Below, in pieces: positions 26,261 to 39,279 of a stretch of DNA of 64,000 nt (position 1 is the first letter of the stretch; the number at the start of each line of letters is the position of its first letter). The notes under the pieces were generated by a model that was not told the origin of the DNA, did not search any database, and saw nothing but the letters and a program-made list of their open reading frames with translations. Made by a program: the position numbers and the translations under genes. Source of the DNA: Lama guanicoe (lineage: Eukaryota). The stretch covers positions 62,001 to 126,000 of the forward strand of contig MU053884.1 of the NCBI GenBank assembly GCA_013239625.1, read 5' to 3'.

Positions 26261-27644
26261 CAAAGGTCTGGGCTCTCCCCTGGGGAGGGGCAGAACTCTC
26301 TTGTTCTCCTTTGTCTTTATTCTTCAGCAAAGTGGTTACTGGACCCAATTCTTAATTCTGAGAATGTGTCGCCTGTGTTACGGAAGAGCTGCTTGACAGT
26401 GAGTTTTCTGGGTTGGTTTTCACATCAGCTGATGCCCCAGGCAGGCAGGAAAGCTATTACTCAGAGCTTCTTAGTCTGGAGTTGGGGGATGGCCCCACCA
26501 TACTAACCATGCTTTTTAAAAATGTGTTACTCCCCTCTTTTCCCTAGGTGACACTTTAAGGTATTGGGTCACAGATTGCTGGCACACTCATCCTTGTTCT
26601 CAAACACCTTTTAAACTTCGGTGAAGTGGTAAGTAGGGGAAGATGATTTACTGAAAGGTAAGAATACTTAAATTTGCATTAAAGCTACATTCTGCCAATC
26701 TTTCTCAAATGATTTTTCTGTGATTCTAAATCCACGACCAAGTGAATGTTGTACTCCTGTGTAAATCATTGATCTTCAGATCACATTAGTTGAGTGGTCA
26801 ACGAGATTTGTTAATTAGATTATTCCTGAAAGGAAAAGCTCAGGCTTTTGAGAATTCCTTGTCTGATGTCACCCAGGCAGTCATAGTAGAAGACAGAGCT
26901 GATGTAAATATCCCTCAGCTGCCTGAACTGCAAAGCTTCTGGGATTACTGATCCCTGAAATGCAGATGACTCTTGATGATAATCTGGTGGATGGTTTACA
27001 TGATCAGAATCTTCCAGTCCTGTAAATGGGTTCCGTGGCACCAGCCCCGAGAGAACTGGTCATAAGGGCCATACCGTGAGGGGTGGGATGGGAAGGCAAG
27101 CTGTAAGAGCTGGAATCACTGAGATTCCACACTCGCTAAACACAGACTCCAGAGCCTAATTGTTGTCAGGTTCTGTTCTGGATTTGAGAGTGTGTTCAGA
27201 CATGATTCTTGCCCTTCAGGAGTCACTGCCTGGGTGGCAGTAACATTTCCATAAATCTGGGGAGGATGGCAATTAAGTACATGGGCTGTTATGGCTCTCA
27301 GTGTGTCCAGGCTCGCTCTTCCAGGCACTCATGGGACTAACGAGAGTCATGTTATTCACTCATTCACTGATTTATTACCCTTGAATTGATCATTTGTCCC
27401 ATAGTAATTGAAACAAGGTATCAAGAACCTGAGTTTTGTTCACTCTCCTATCACTGATTGTATCTGTCAGTCAGGCACACTGCTTATGCATTGTGAAATG
27501 GTGGTATTTCTTGCCCAATGGAGCTGCACTGTCAGTTCTGAGAATCAGGGGAGATACATGGGTAACACAGCACCCTGACACACATGGCACCCCCCCACCC
27601 TGTGAGACAGCATTGTCAATGCTCACGTGACCTGATGTAGACCG

Positions 27645-27812
27645 CGGTGCTAAACCTGAGCATGTTTAGTGATCTTGGTGGCTATGAAAATACAGACTAC
27701 CGGACCCTACCTCTGGAGATTCTGAAGATGTGCACCTCAGAATTCTGCATTTTAAGAAGCACTTTAACTAATTCTGATGAAGATGATCTGAGTGTCCCAC
27801 TGATAAACACTG
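27645..27812. mobile_element. MER5A-like hAT remnant
   Basis: aaaatacagac...ggagattctga...aattctgcattttaagaagcac...aattctgatg...aaacactg resembles MER5A (recalled). Confidence 0.55.
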
Positions 27813-28056
27813 GTGTGCGATGCACCAATATTGAGGATTCTCAGGAAGCGTAGTCTTTTCAGGATGGTCAAAAGGCTGTCACTTGAGACTTTTGCCTTGG
27901 GTTTAATTGTGTGTGTTCAGAAGTGATGTCCCTCACTTCCAGTGCTTGTCAGCATGCTCTGTGCAGCGACTTGCACTCAGTAGACGGCGAAAACTATGAT
28001 TCTTCAGGTCACCGAGCTAGAGTGTGAGCGTTATTTTATTTTGGTTTTCTTTGTTG

Positions 28057-28445
28057 CAATGCAGAGTCTCCCGAGAAGAGATTCAGACTGAACAGCTTTG
28101 TGTCAGACTTTGGAAGACCGCTGGTGCCCAAGGTGTTATCTGGCAGGGCAATGACGAATCTAGGTCCCTGTTTCACTGCTACATCAATGAAGTGGACCAC
28201 TTGGACAAGGCCAAAGCTGGTATCCCAACCATGGCCCTTGACAGTGATATTTGGCTCCAGGAAGCCATCAGATGCAGCAGGTGGCAAGAGGAGGATCCGA
28301 ACAGGCTCATGAAATGTGACATCCCCAACTTCATCAACACGGACCAGAACTCTTCCTCTGGGGAAGATAATCTCCTGATTTTGGAACCACCAATTGTTCT
28401 AGAAAATAAGCCAGTTGCCAGAACTCACACAAAGACTTGAATTGA
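28057..28445 (+). pseudogene. MRAP2: MRAP2 (melanocortin receptor accessory protein 2) last coding exon, disabled duplicate
   Basis: Translates NAESPEKRFRLNSFVSDFGRPLVPKVLS /fs/ QGNDESRSLFHCYINEVDHLDKAKAGIPTMALDSDIWLQEAIRCSRWQEEDPNRLMKCDIPNFINTDQNSSSGEDNLLILEPPIVLENKPVA /fs/ NSHKDLN*. Recalled human: NAESSEKRFRMNSFVSDFGRPLEPDKVFSRQGNEESRSLFHCYINEVERLDRAKAC...SHKDLD*. There are 1-nt deletions near 28140 and 28420. A polypyrimidine tract precedes it, so it is genomic rather than processed, but there is no AG at the expected exon start. Confidence 0.93.
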
Positions 28446-29995
28446 GAAACGTGCTTTGTCAAGTGTCTTTCTAAAGATGTGAAGTCTGTCTTTGTATGGC
28501 AGGAAGTCCCCTTTCACAAAATCGTATGTGTTTGTGTCTGAGAGACAGAAATGGAGACAGACAGAAAGACGAAGAGCCAGAAGAGAGCCCCCTCAGAAGA
28601 GAGCTAGTTAAGGTGAGTTTTTGTGCCTTTATAAAACATATGGGGTTTTGGGGGGAACAAAGTATTTACACTGTCTCATTCTCCTCGTTGGAAACCTTGG
28701 CCCCGTTCTCAGTGTCAGCGTCCTTGAATGGGGGTTGCCACGGTGCATTTTATTTGGCGCTGCCACTTCCACGCTCTGCCTTTAGCACGTTGCTTTGCCT
28801 GTCAGGGCTGCCACCCTTTGAACTTTAAGGTGAGGAGTCTGGAGTAAATGATCCATCCCAGCTCTGCTATTTTGAAAATTTCTGATTTCGTATTTGGATG
28901 AGGCTTGGATACACCCAGAGCAGTATAAACCAGGCCCTACCTCCTGCCTATTGCTGGGGCATCCCTCAGGTCTGTGCCTTCTACTCAACCCTTTACTGAG
29001 CCCAGCTTTTGTCAGGAGACCAAATGCCTACCAGGATGGCAGGAGACTTGTCTCTCATGGTCATGGTGGTCGTCATTTCTATTGGATGTGCTGAAACAGC
29101 TCTTCTGAGATCCTCCGGCCACACTTGCTCAAACCTGAGGACAGCACTACTGTTCCTTTCTTAGGAGAAGGATCAATCCATGGTGCATTTCATGACAATC
29201 CTGTCCCTAGGAATGCACGGAAGGTTATCAGCTGAGTGAGGGGAGGTGCCTCTGTGTCTCTGTGTCCCTGTATCTCTGTCTGCTCACAGTGCCCTGACAC
29301 CAGCTACTGAACAAGAAAAGTGCTATTCACCATGCTGTGTGTTTTGCAGTTGTGTAGGTGATGGTGTTGTGGCTCGTGTGTGGGCTTTGAGCTGTGATGG
29401 TGAAGGGCTTATAAATACCTTATCAACATGTATTCGAGGTGGCGTGGTGCCACACAGACTTGATTCATGAAGGCAGCAAGCCTGCACACTTGTTCGGAAA
29501 CAACTTGGTTTTGATCAGTCACACTGCATGCATGACTCGCTGATAATCTCTGGGTGGTTTTTCATTTTAGATTTATTCCACTGCATGTCTTGGTTAAGCT
29601 GAAAAATACATTTATTTCACCAGAATATTCTCTGATTCTTTGTTTTCACACATCCAGTTTTTTAATTCCTTTAAAAATTATTCTGTGTTTATAATGCCTC
29701 CTAATTTCTATTATCTCTAGGTTCCCAGTGGCCTGAGCCATGCACCAGATTTGATGTAGGAACTGTTCCACCAAAAAAAATCCCTTCACCATAATATCTT
29801 TTGAGTAAAATATTATTCTTTAAGACTCTAACACTAAATCGTAGAACAAAGCATGGGACATTTCTTGGAGTTAATACATGTTCATGCAAAAACAAATGAT
29901 ATTTTCATTTCACAATGTTGATTTTAATAACTTTTACTAATGTGAATATTATTATTCATAATTTAAGTAACCAAATAAAACCACAGTTATTTATT
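28446..29995 (+). other. Probable MRAP2-derived 3'UTR with polyadenylation signal AATAAA at 29974-29979
   Basis: Non-repetitive sequence follows the ancestral stop and becomes AT-rich up to an AATAAA. Repeats resume shortly afterwards. Confidence 0.5.
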
Positions 29996-30279
29996 ATGAA
30001 GATTGAAAACTATTTACATGGTCTCTCAATTAGTAGTAGCTTTATTAGAAGACTGAAGGGTATTTAAAAGATGGAAAAATACCCATGATGACACCATCAT
30101 TTTTATTAACTAGATATCAAGAACTGTGCAGGGTTAAGATTTGACCCTCTGCAAGCTGCCAAGTTAGCATGAGGTAGTTTGTGGATGCTGCCAGATGGCA
30201 GGTGACTCCCCCAGTATCAGAGACAAAGGACTTCCTGCCAGCACAGCAGGCAGCCTGTGGTTCATGTTCATGTTGGTTC

Positions 30280-30560
30280 CTGAGTTCCTTTCCTATTACC
30301 TTTGTAACAAAGGACCACAGACTCAGTGGCTTAAAGCAATACATATTCATCATCTCACTGTTGTAGGGTGCAGAAGTGCAAAGTCAATGTCAGTGGGCTA
30401 AAACCAACGTGTGGCCAAGGCTACATTCCACACCAAGTCTCTAGGGAGGGATTCCTCTTCCTACCTTTCCCAGCTTGCAGAGATGCTCACACTCCTTGGG
30501 CCAGGGCCCTGTGTCACTGTGACCTCTGCTGCCACTTCACATCTCTGTCTCTGACTATAT
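30280..30560 (-). mobile_element. MLT1 (MaLR) LTR fragment
   Basis: tgtaacaaaggaccacagactcagtggcttaaagcaatacatatt...tctcactgttgtaggg resembles MLT1. Confidence 0.7.
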
Positions 30561-31244
30561 AGATGTAAAGGAAGAGTCTTCTACATCTGGTATGGACCCT
30601 TTTACCTAAATGGACATTGTATCCCTATATATGTGCAGATTAAAACCCCTTCCCTCCAGGGTGCGGTGGCATCAGCTCACAAGATTATCACTCTGGGCTT
30701 TAAGTGTCCTCTTTGTATTGTCCCCTGGGAAATTCTCTCTCCACCGTTAGCTCTGTGTTACTTTTGTTGTTGTATTTTACCTGGCATTACTGAAAGTTTT
30801 ACTTAAAAGGGATCCTAATTAGCTCTGTTTACCTGTTTCCAGAGCTGAAACTTCAGTTCTAGAGTATCTGTTTGATTTTTCTTAAAAATACTTTCTAGTA
30901 TAGTTCTCTGGTGAAAGTCTTGACACTGTTATGTATTCTCCCATCATTTCCTTATTTTCTTGAATATATTAAAAGTATTTTATAGCCTTTATTGGTAACT
31001 CTGATGCCTACATCACCTGGGGGTTTGCATCCTTTGTCTAATGTTTCTTATTCTCATAGTATACGTCATATAGTCTCGACATGTTGCATGTCTAGAAATT
31101 CTTTGTTACATGACAGATATTGCAAATGAAAAATCCATCTGTTATCTTCTGTGAGAGGTTTTCTACCTTCCCATTAGGCAGAAAGGGGGAGGGACTGATC
31201 ATGTCACTCCAGTTAGGCGCTGAGGTGGATCAGGACTGAAGTCC

Positions 31245-32820
31245 CTTTTTTTTTTTTAATACAGCTTTGAGGTATTCTTGGCAAAATAATTTTCACACGT
31301 TTAAAGTGTACAGATTAATATATTTTGACATAAGTATATCCCCAAGAAACCATGACCACACTCAAGACAGTGAATATACCGATCACCCACAAAGCTCTCC
31401 TGCCTTTTGTTGTCCCTCCCTCCCTCCCCATGTCTTCTTCTGGAAACCATTAATCTGCTTTCTATCAGAACATACTGGTTTGCATTTTCAAGATCCTTGT
31501 ATGAATGGATTCATGCAGTATCTACTCTATGTTGTCTGACTTCTTTCATTCAGTGTAATTATTTTGAGGGTCATCTGTGTTACTGTCTTAATAGCTTATT
31601 TGTCTTATAGCAGAGTATTGTTTAGTGTTGAGTTTTTACTGAATAGTTTATTGTGAGCAGTGTTTGGATAGACCATCATTTGTTTCTCCATTTACTTCTT
31701 GATGGATGCATGGGTTATTTACAACTTGAACTATTATAAATAAAATTGCAGTGAATATTTGATTACAAGTCTTTGTCTGGACATATGCTTTTCTTTTCTA
31801 AAGCACCAGATGAGGAATATCTGGGTTATATGGTAGATAGGTGTTTACCTTTTTTTAAAGAAACTGTTAAGTGGTTTTCCAAAATGATTGTGTTTTTGTA
31901 AATTCCTCATGGTGTGTATCAGTTCTGGTTGCTCCACTTCCTTGCCAGCACTTTGTAAGGTCGGTCTTTCTAATAGTATTCATTCTAGTATGTATGTGTA
32001 CTAGTATCTCACTGTGGTTTGTAAAAGCATTTCTCTAATGACTAATGTTATCTTTAATCAGCATCTTTTCATATGCTTATTATCCATCTGGATATCTTTA
32101 CTGAAGTGTGTTTTCTGGCCTCATTCATTCATTCAGGTGTTTGCATTATTATTGAGTTTTGAGACCTCTTTATCTGGATCAGATACAAAGAGAGACCTTT
32201 ATCAGTTATATGATCTGCAAATATCTTCTGTCTATGACTTGTCTTTTCATTTGCTTAGCAGTGTTTAGAAGAGCTTTGAAGAGTCTTCATTTTGATAAAG
32301 TTCACTCTATCAGTTTCTTTTTAAAATAGATGATACTTTTGGTGTCATAGCAAAGAAATATTTTCCAAACCCAAGGTCATAAAGCTTAAGCCTATGCTTT
32401 TTCTCCTAGCTGCTTTATAGTTTTAGATTTCCTATTAAGATCTATGATCCATTTTGAGTTAATTTTTGTATATTTTGTGAGGTGTGGATCAAAGTTCATT
32501 TTTTTTTTTGCGTATCACTAATTTTTCCAGCACTACTTGTTGAAAAGATCCTTTCTCCACTGCATCCTTTTTGAGAATCAATTGTCTATATAAGTGTTGG
32601 TTTAGTTCTGAACATTCTATTGTGTTCCATTATTCTATTTTCTTGTTTTACACCAACACCATACTTTCTGATTACTGTAGCTTTATAAAAAAAAAAAAAG
32701 TCTGAAAATCAGATAGTGCAAGTCTTCCAACTTTGTTTTTCTTGTTCAAAATTGTTTTGGCTATTTGGGATCCTTTGAATTTTTATATGAATTTTAGAAT
32801 CAGTTTTTAAATTCCTTACA
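31245..32820 (-). mobile_element. Old LINE-1 (L1MB-like) 3' portion
   Basis: Begins with poly(T) plus acagctttgagg...tttaaagtgtaca. Continues with antisense L1 ORF2/3'UTR strings such as tctatgatccattttgagttaatttttgtata and ctgattactgtagctttata. Confidence 0.85.
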
Positions 32821-34183
32821 TTCTGTTCTGCCAAAATTCCACCCATGTGTTTGGCCATCTCCAAAGTCACATTTTCTGAAGAAGTCTCTCTAGATCCCAG
32901 GTGAAAGGAATTACTCATTCGTCTGTGCTCCAATCACATTTCATACTACTTGATTACATTTATTCATATTTGGCTGTATGTACTTGTCTGATCTTTCCTG
33001 CCATATAGTAAAACTCTCAAGATTAGGAATCTTGACTTCGTTCCCTCTGTCTGCTGAGAAACTAGTTCTATGCTTTGCAGGAGTGAGCCCTGCAGTAAGA
33101 GGTAACTGCAGCACACATCTTGCTAAGTGCTTGCATGTCGTCAAGGAATCCTGCCGTTTTAGAATTGCTTATTGATTGTTGTCTCCAAGATGGCTCAGTC
33201 TTTTTTATTTCTATTGCTACTGCTGCAGTTTAAAAGAACAATGGGCTAATTATTTTCCAAATATCAAAACATACTGTAATGGAGTTGTGATGCAAATTAT
33301 GTGCTGCTGTGTCTTAACAACCTGCTTAGTGTTCACAGGCTCCTTCACTCATGGAACTTTTGGGAGAATGTCATATCCTTAGAGATAGCAATGCTGTCTT
33401 TGGCGACCTGAGCAGCAGTATCTGAACTTACTCCTGCTGTTTTTCCAGTGTCCCCTCTAGCCTTCCTCCAGTCCTCTATGGGGTGACCTGCAGTTCTGCC
33501 CTTGAAAAGCCTGTTGCTTCTCAGGAAGACTTCCCTATGAAACATAATCATGTCCTTCTTGTGGGGACATTCAGTCCAGAGACCTGACAGCAGGGGAAAA
33601 TGTTTAGCCTGCTTTTGGCAGAATCTAAATTCTTCCATACTTGTTAGAAGCAAATCCAATGAGGAAACTGTGTTGGCATCTAACAAATCAGCATAAATAT
33701 CTGATGAGGAAGATCAGCTTCCCCATCCCACTCAGGCGTCATGTTGATGTGACACTCACCTTGGCTAACATTTTCTCCTGTGAGCAACGTAAAGTTCAAG
33801 ACGTTATGAATGGCTTTTTGTTTTTCTTCCTTAGTCTTTCCACATTCACTGTGTCTGGTGAGATTATATGAATCCTGCTTATTTTCAGCCCAGCACTAAG
33901 TTTTTTAAGAGGATCACGTGTTTAAAAGGCTAGTGGACATTTTGTTAGAAGATAGAAATCCTTAGATTTTGGTCCTAGAGTTGAATCTTGGTTAGGGGTG
34001 AAGGGAAATTCCCGTTAAAATTTTAAATTCAGTGATATAAAGTTTTAAAAATAGTTAAATATTAGTCAATTTCATTAAACACTATAGCAGTTATTTACTT
34101 GTAAGCCTGTTTCTGGGGCAGTTTTGCAATGATTCCGTCCCTTTATTGATTCCCTCTTTATCAGAATCCTTGAGAGGCCCCTG

Positions 34184-34223
34184 TCATCATTGTCACTATC
34201 ATCATCATCATCATAATCATCAT
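34184..34223. repeat. (CAT)n microsatellite
   Basis: tcatcattgtcactatcatcatcatcatcataatcatcat. Confidence 0.8.
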
Positions 34224-34499
34224 GGAACTGATTCCTCTGGAAGATTCTAGGAAAATAAAGAGATGGGTGGGGTTATGTGTAGGTCAGTGTGTGCATATAC
34301 AATAAGAACAGTTGTCAGACATTAGATCCAAGATACCCATTTCATTTAGAGAAGAATCTGGTCATAAAATCCTGATGTGGTGACTGAAGGAAGTAGTGGG
34401 AACAGGATAGTCAATGGAAAGGAGGAGGAAGTGAGCAAAGTGGGGAGCATAGATCCTTGGTTAGGTGATCAGCACATTGGTGAGAATGAGGAGAGTGTG

Positions 34500-35260
34500 A
34501 TGGCAGAATCATTTCCCTCCCTGGCCAAAGGGTAGCCACCTGTGATGTGTTACTGTACATGGCAAAAGGGATGACAGATATTTTAGGACAAAAATCTTAG
34601 AGGATTTCTGTCTCCTAAATTGTCTATTAGTTAGCCTTTTAAACCCATAATACATTATTAAAGATTAGTGCAGGGGCACAAATAAAAAGGATTCATATAA
34701 TCTCACCAGACATACTGAATGTAGAAAGGCTAAGGAATAAAAACAAAAAGTCACTCATAAGTGCCTTGAACCATAAATTGTTCATGAGAGGAAATGTCAC
34801 ACAATGTGAGTGTCACAGCCACATACATAATGCCTGAGTGGGATGGGACAAGGGGATCCTGAGATGAGACAATAGGGTGAGTAGCCTGGATTGTCCAGGT
34901 GGGCCCAATGTAATCACAGGGGACCTTAAAATGGAGGATATTTCCCAGCTGAGTTTAAAATCAGAGGGAGGTGTAGCCATGGAGCAATGTTCAGAAAGGC
35001 TGCTGACCATGAAAATGGAAGAAGATATTGGGTACAAGCTAAGGAAGGTGGGTGACCTCTGGAAACTGGAAAAAAAAAGAACACGGAAAATTTTCTTCTA
35101 GACCCTCTAGAAGGAAGGAACCCAGCTGGTACCTTGAATTTAGCCCAATGAGAACTGTGTTGGATCTCTGACCTCCACAGCCATAAGCTGAAAAATCTGT
35201 GCTGGTTTAAGCTATTAAGCTTATGGAAATTTGTTACAGTTGTAATAGGAAAATAACATA
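34500..35260 (+). mobile_element. MLT1 (MaLR) LTR, interrupted
   Basis: tgttactgtacatggcaaaaggga ... ctggattgtccaggtgggcccaatgtaatcacagg ... ggaaatttgttacagttgtaataggaaaataaca. Confidence 0.75.
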
Positions 35261-35576
35261 GTGAGCGGTAGTGTTATGGATTAAAGGTCTTGGATGGGGT
35301 GTGGAGAGGATTCTGACATTTACACCTAAAAAACAACCAGGTGAAGTGGAGAGGTGTTTTAAGGAAGACCTACCTGGCAGGGCTGTCAAGCAGACTGGAG
35401 CGAGGGGAGCATTGGTGTTAGAGGAATCAATTAAATCTCTACCAGAAAAATAAGGAATAAAATGTAACAGGGCTTCAGTGTAAGTGGATGGAGGAATGGA
35501 AATGGGCAGAGAGATATAAACATTTCTTTGGAATTAGCTACAGGTTTCATGACTGCATGTTGAGGAGAGTTAGCCG

Positions 35577-35933
35577 ATGGGTGGACTGAATGTTTGCATC
35601 CCCTGAACATCCATATGTTGAAACCCCATCTCCCAGGGTGATGGCATTGGGAGGCGGGGTCTTTGGGAGGTGATTAGTAAGATAAAATGAGGTCATGAGA
35701 GTAGAGCCCTCATGAATGGGATTAGTGTTCTTATACAGGGCCCCAGAGTGATTGCTTCTCTCTGCTCTCTGGCCCATGAAGATAGTGGGAAGACAGCCAT
35801 CTTCGATCTGGCAATCCTCTCCCAGATACATTGACCTTGAAAGTCTCAGCCTCCAAACTATAAGGAATATGCTTGTTGTTTAAGCCACCGGACCCACGGT
35901 TATTTGTTACAGCATCCCAGACTGATGAAGACA
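35577..35933 (+). mobile_element. MLT1 (MaLR) solo LTR
   Basis: ggactgaatgtttgcatcccc...catatgttgaaacc...tttgggaggtgattag...tatttgttacagcatcccagactgatgaagaca. Confidence 0.8.
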
Positions 35934-36940
35934 GTGGAGAATGCCTCTGAGTTTGGCACTGATTGCCTGGAGAATGCTGAAACCCAGGGAAGTGGGCAGC
36001 ACAGACGTTTACTCATTTAATCCTCCCAAAACAGAAGGAGATAGAGTCTACATATTCCTCGCTACTTAAAAGGTAAGGAAAAAGAGGCACAAATAATAAC
36101 AATGACAACAACAAAAACAACAACAATAATTTGTCCAAGATTCACACAGAACCCCCTGGAGGGAGAGTGAGAATTTATACTCACGCAGGCTGGCCCCAGA
36201 GCCCCTGCTCATAACTACTAAGTCAGATCACCTTGCTTATGTGGATCAGTTTTCTTCAACTGTGATATAAGGGTACTGTGTCCAGTAACTTATAATTTCA
36301 AAGTACCTCACTGTAAGGGAATCATTAGTCGCAGGCATTACAAACCACAGAAAGCTAGACATACAAAAATAACTCGTTAGGGCAAGATAACCAATAGTGC
36401 TTTTAAAGATAATACCTGCTGAGCCTTTGCAATAAAATGTTTATTTATAATTTGGTCTGGCTTCAGAAAAACATCATAATCCTGCATGTGGCTCTTGGCT
36501 ACCATGGTGGAGAGCACGGGCCTAGAAAATTTAAATGACTTGCCCAGCCTCGCCCAGGAAGCTCGTGGTGGGATCAAAGCTATAGTCTGGGACTTTTCCT
36601 TCCTATCCAACAAGTCCCTCATGGAAGTTTAGAAGCTTCTCCTTTGGTGCCCAGTTGTCTATCCATACTTATGACATCTTGTCAGGTGTCCAAGCCTGCA
36701 CCTAAACATCAGCCAGAACCCACTTCTGCTCTTTTTTGGCCAGGTAATACCTTCTAGCAACTTCCATTGCCTTCTTGGCATCAGTTGTTACCTGGAAGGG
36801 TAGTGGCTAGAGATGGAAATGTGTCCACATGACAGGTTTTTCATAAATATAGCAGGAGTGCTCAAGAGAAGAAAACGTCAGGAAGACGAGTGGAAGCAGG
36901 TCATTTAATATACCGAATGGGTACTTTCAATGTATGTTTG

Positions 36941-37461
36941 CGTTTCTGAGTCCAGGCTTGTTCTGCTCGTGCATTACAGGCCAATAAATCGGGAGACCAG
37001 GTTTTGAGGCAAGAAATAGTGACTTTAATTTGGAAAGCCAGCTGAGAAGATGGTAGACTAATGTCCTGAAGAACCATCTCTCCAAGTCAGAATTCAGGCT
37101 CTTCTTATATTAACAAGGGGAAGCGAGAATGATTGGTTGTTGCAAACTTGGTGTATGAATTCTTTGTTGTTAGAATCCTTTGTTCTTGCAGCTCTTCACC
37201 TGGATCAGATCCGTGTAAACCTCCAACAAACAAATGTTATTTTCTATTCTGTAACTTGTTATCTTTATATGAATGGAAAAGTGTTAATATCCTTCAAAGT
37301 CAGAGCCTTGAGAATAGGGTCTCCTGTATATTTCAGGCTCTAGGCAACATTGTTTTACAAAAGGTGCAGAACCAACGAGACTTAGCCTAGGAAACAGGGC
37401 ACAGGGTTAAACTCAAAGGAACAGATCTAATATGGAGTCAGATTTGTTCTTTCCTATTACA
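36941..37461 (-). mobile_element. ERV-type solo LTR (copy A)
   Basis: The minus strand starts tgtaataggaaagaacaaatctgactccatattagatc, contains an ATTAAA signal and ends ...ggactcagaaacg. It is homologous end to end with 38143-38623. Confidence 0.8.
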
Positions 37462-37715
37462 GTAGTGTCATGGAGAAGGCACTTTGGGCAGCTTTTTGTA
37501 CGGTCCAGGAGGCTTTATCTCTCAGCCTCTGAGTGCCTCTATTGAAAACCCTTCATAGCTGTCTGGCCTGCTGGGAAACCACTCTGCCTGTTTTGCCCTG
37601 AAGATGTGTTCTGTTTATAACTCATCTCTACTCCTTGGAAAACAACTCAATAAAAACTCAGTTGGTTTTCCACCAGCCATGGGCAGGGGTGAGGGATAGC
37701 AGGTTAATATTTTAT

Positions 37716-37719
37716 AAAA

Positions 37720-37758
<39 letters not shown>

Positions 37759-37760
37759 AA
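37716..37760. repeat. (TAAA)n microsatellite
   Basis: About 10 perfect taaa units. Confidence 0.95.
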
Positions 37761-38142
37761 GAAGTCTTAAAATAGCACTGAGCACATAAGAGAGAGTCAA
37801 TAAATGCTTCCTGGATTAAATCAAAAATGATGGCTCAGTGATTCCATGGCTGCTGTATTTGCTGAGCTAGTTACTCCTTTGCTCCCTTACAATTTTTTAA
37901 CTGAAAAAGAAATACATGCATATGGTTAAAAAAGTTCAAACAGAGAACAAAAATACATAAGTGAAAGAAGTTTTCCCTCATCCTCTTTTCTTTCAGCCCT
38001 CCCTGGAGATGCCACTGTTTACTATCTTTTGTGTGCTTTTCCAGATATTCTATGCACATTCCCACCTATGTATGTAAATTCCTTTAAAGTTTTACTGATT
38101 TTTAACTTAAAGCGTTTTAAATCCTCACATGGCTTCTGCCCC

Positions 38143-38623
38143 GGTAATAGAAAAGAACAAATCTGACTCCATATTAGATCGGTTCCTTCAATTTTAACTC
38201 TGTGCTCTGTCTCCTAGGCTTCATCTGGCTTGTAAAACAGTGTTGCCTAGAACCTAAAGTATACAGGAAAGCCTATTCTGAAGGCTCTGACTTTTAAGTA
38301 TATTTGAAACTTTTCCATTCATAGAAAGATAACAAGTTTCATAATAGAAAATAACGTTTGTTTTTTTGGAGGTTTACAGGGATCTGACCCAGGCAGATAG
38401 CTGCAAGAACAAAGGATTCTATGAAGGAATTCCTACACCAAGAAGTTTGCAACAACCAAGCACATAGGAAAGGAGCCTGAATTCTGACTTGGGGAGATGA
38501 TTTTCCAGGACATTTTTTTGCCATCTAGGTCTACAGAAAGTTGCTATTCCATGCCCCAACACCTTGTCTCCCAATTTACTGGCCTGTCCTGCAGTGAGGA
38601 GAATGAATTTGGACTCAGTAACA
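38143..38623 (+). mobile_element. ERV-type solo LTR (copy B), same family as 36941-37461, opposite orientation
   Basis: Starts ggtaatagaaaagaacaaatctgactccatattagatc and ends ggactcagtaaca. Shares gctgcaagaacaaaggattct, gagcctgaattctgacttgg and gtttgcaacaacca with copy A. Confidence 0.8.
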
Positions 38624-39279
38624 CTCTTATCTACCTAGCAAGCTGGGCACTGGAACTGAGGGCAGCTCTCCCACACCCAGGGACCTTCTGTGAGCCCTTG
38701 ATGGTTCCCCGAGGGTGGGGTGTGGTTTACCCAGGAGGGATGGGGACAATGCACCAACACTCAGGCAGTCTGCTTACCTTCTGGAGTTCTGACCTTGTAC
38801 CTCCCGCTCCCCGCCAGCCCAACAATTGGGACAGAGGAGCTAAGGCAGAGATCATGCCTGCCTGTTTCCCAGCCTGTAAAAGGGGAATATGTACTCTTCC
38901 CAAGGTAGTTCTGAGCGACAACACCGGCGGGTACTTGGTTCCCGGAGCAAAAGGAAACCCAGATCCGTGTGGGGGCAATGGGTGTGATACTCGAAGGGGC
39001 TCTGCAGAGGCCTTGGCTGGAGGGCTGGACCAAGGAGGTTAAATATGAACTGTGGGCCTTGAAGGGTGCAGAGGCAGGACTGCTTCCTTTTTCTGGGTGC
39101 CCCTAGGGGTAAAACATTTTCTCTATGTCTCTGCTACTCCCCTCCCCACTCCAGAACCCTGCCTTCTCTCTGCTCCTCCTGTCCATCTGTCTCCCTCCAC
39201 TTTTCACCTTCTCCCCTCCTCCTCCCTTCTTCTCCCTCCCTAGCTTCCCCACCTTCTTTCCCAGAGTGGATCACTGGCC

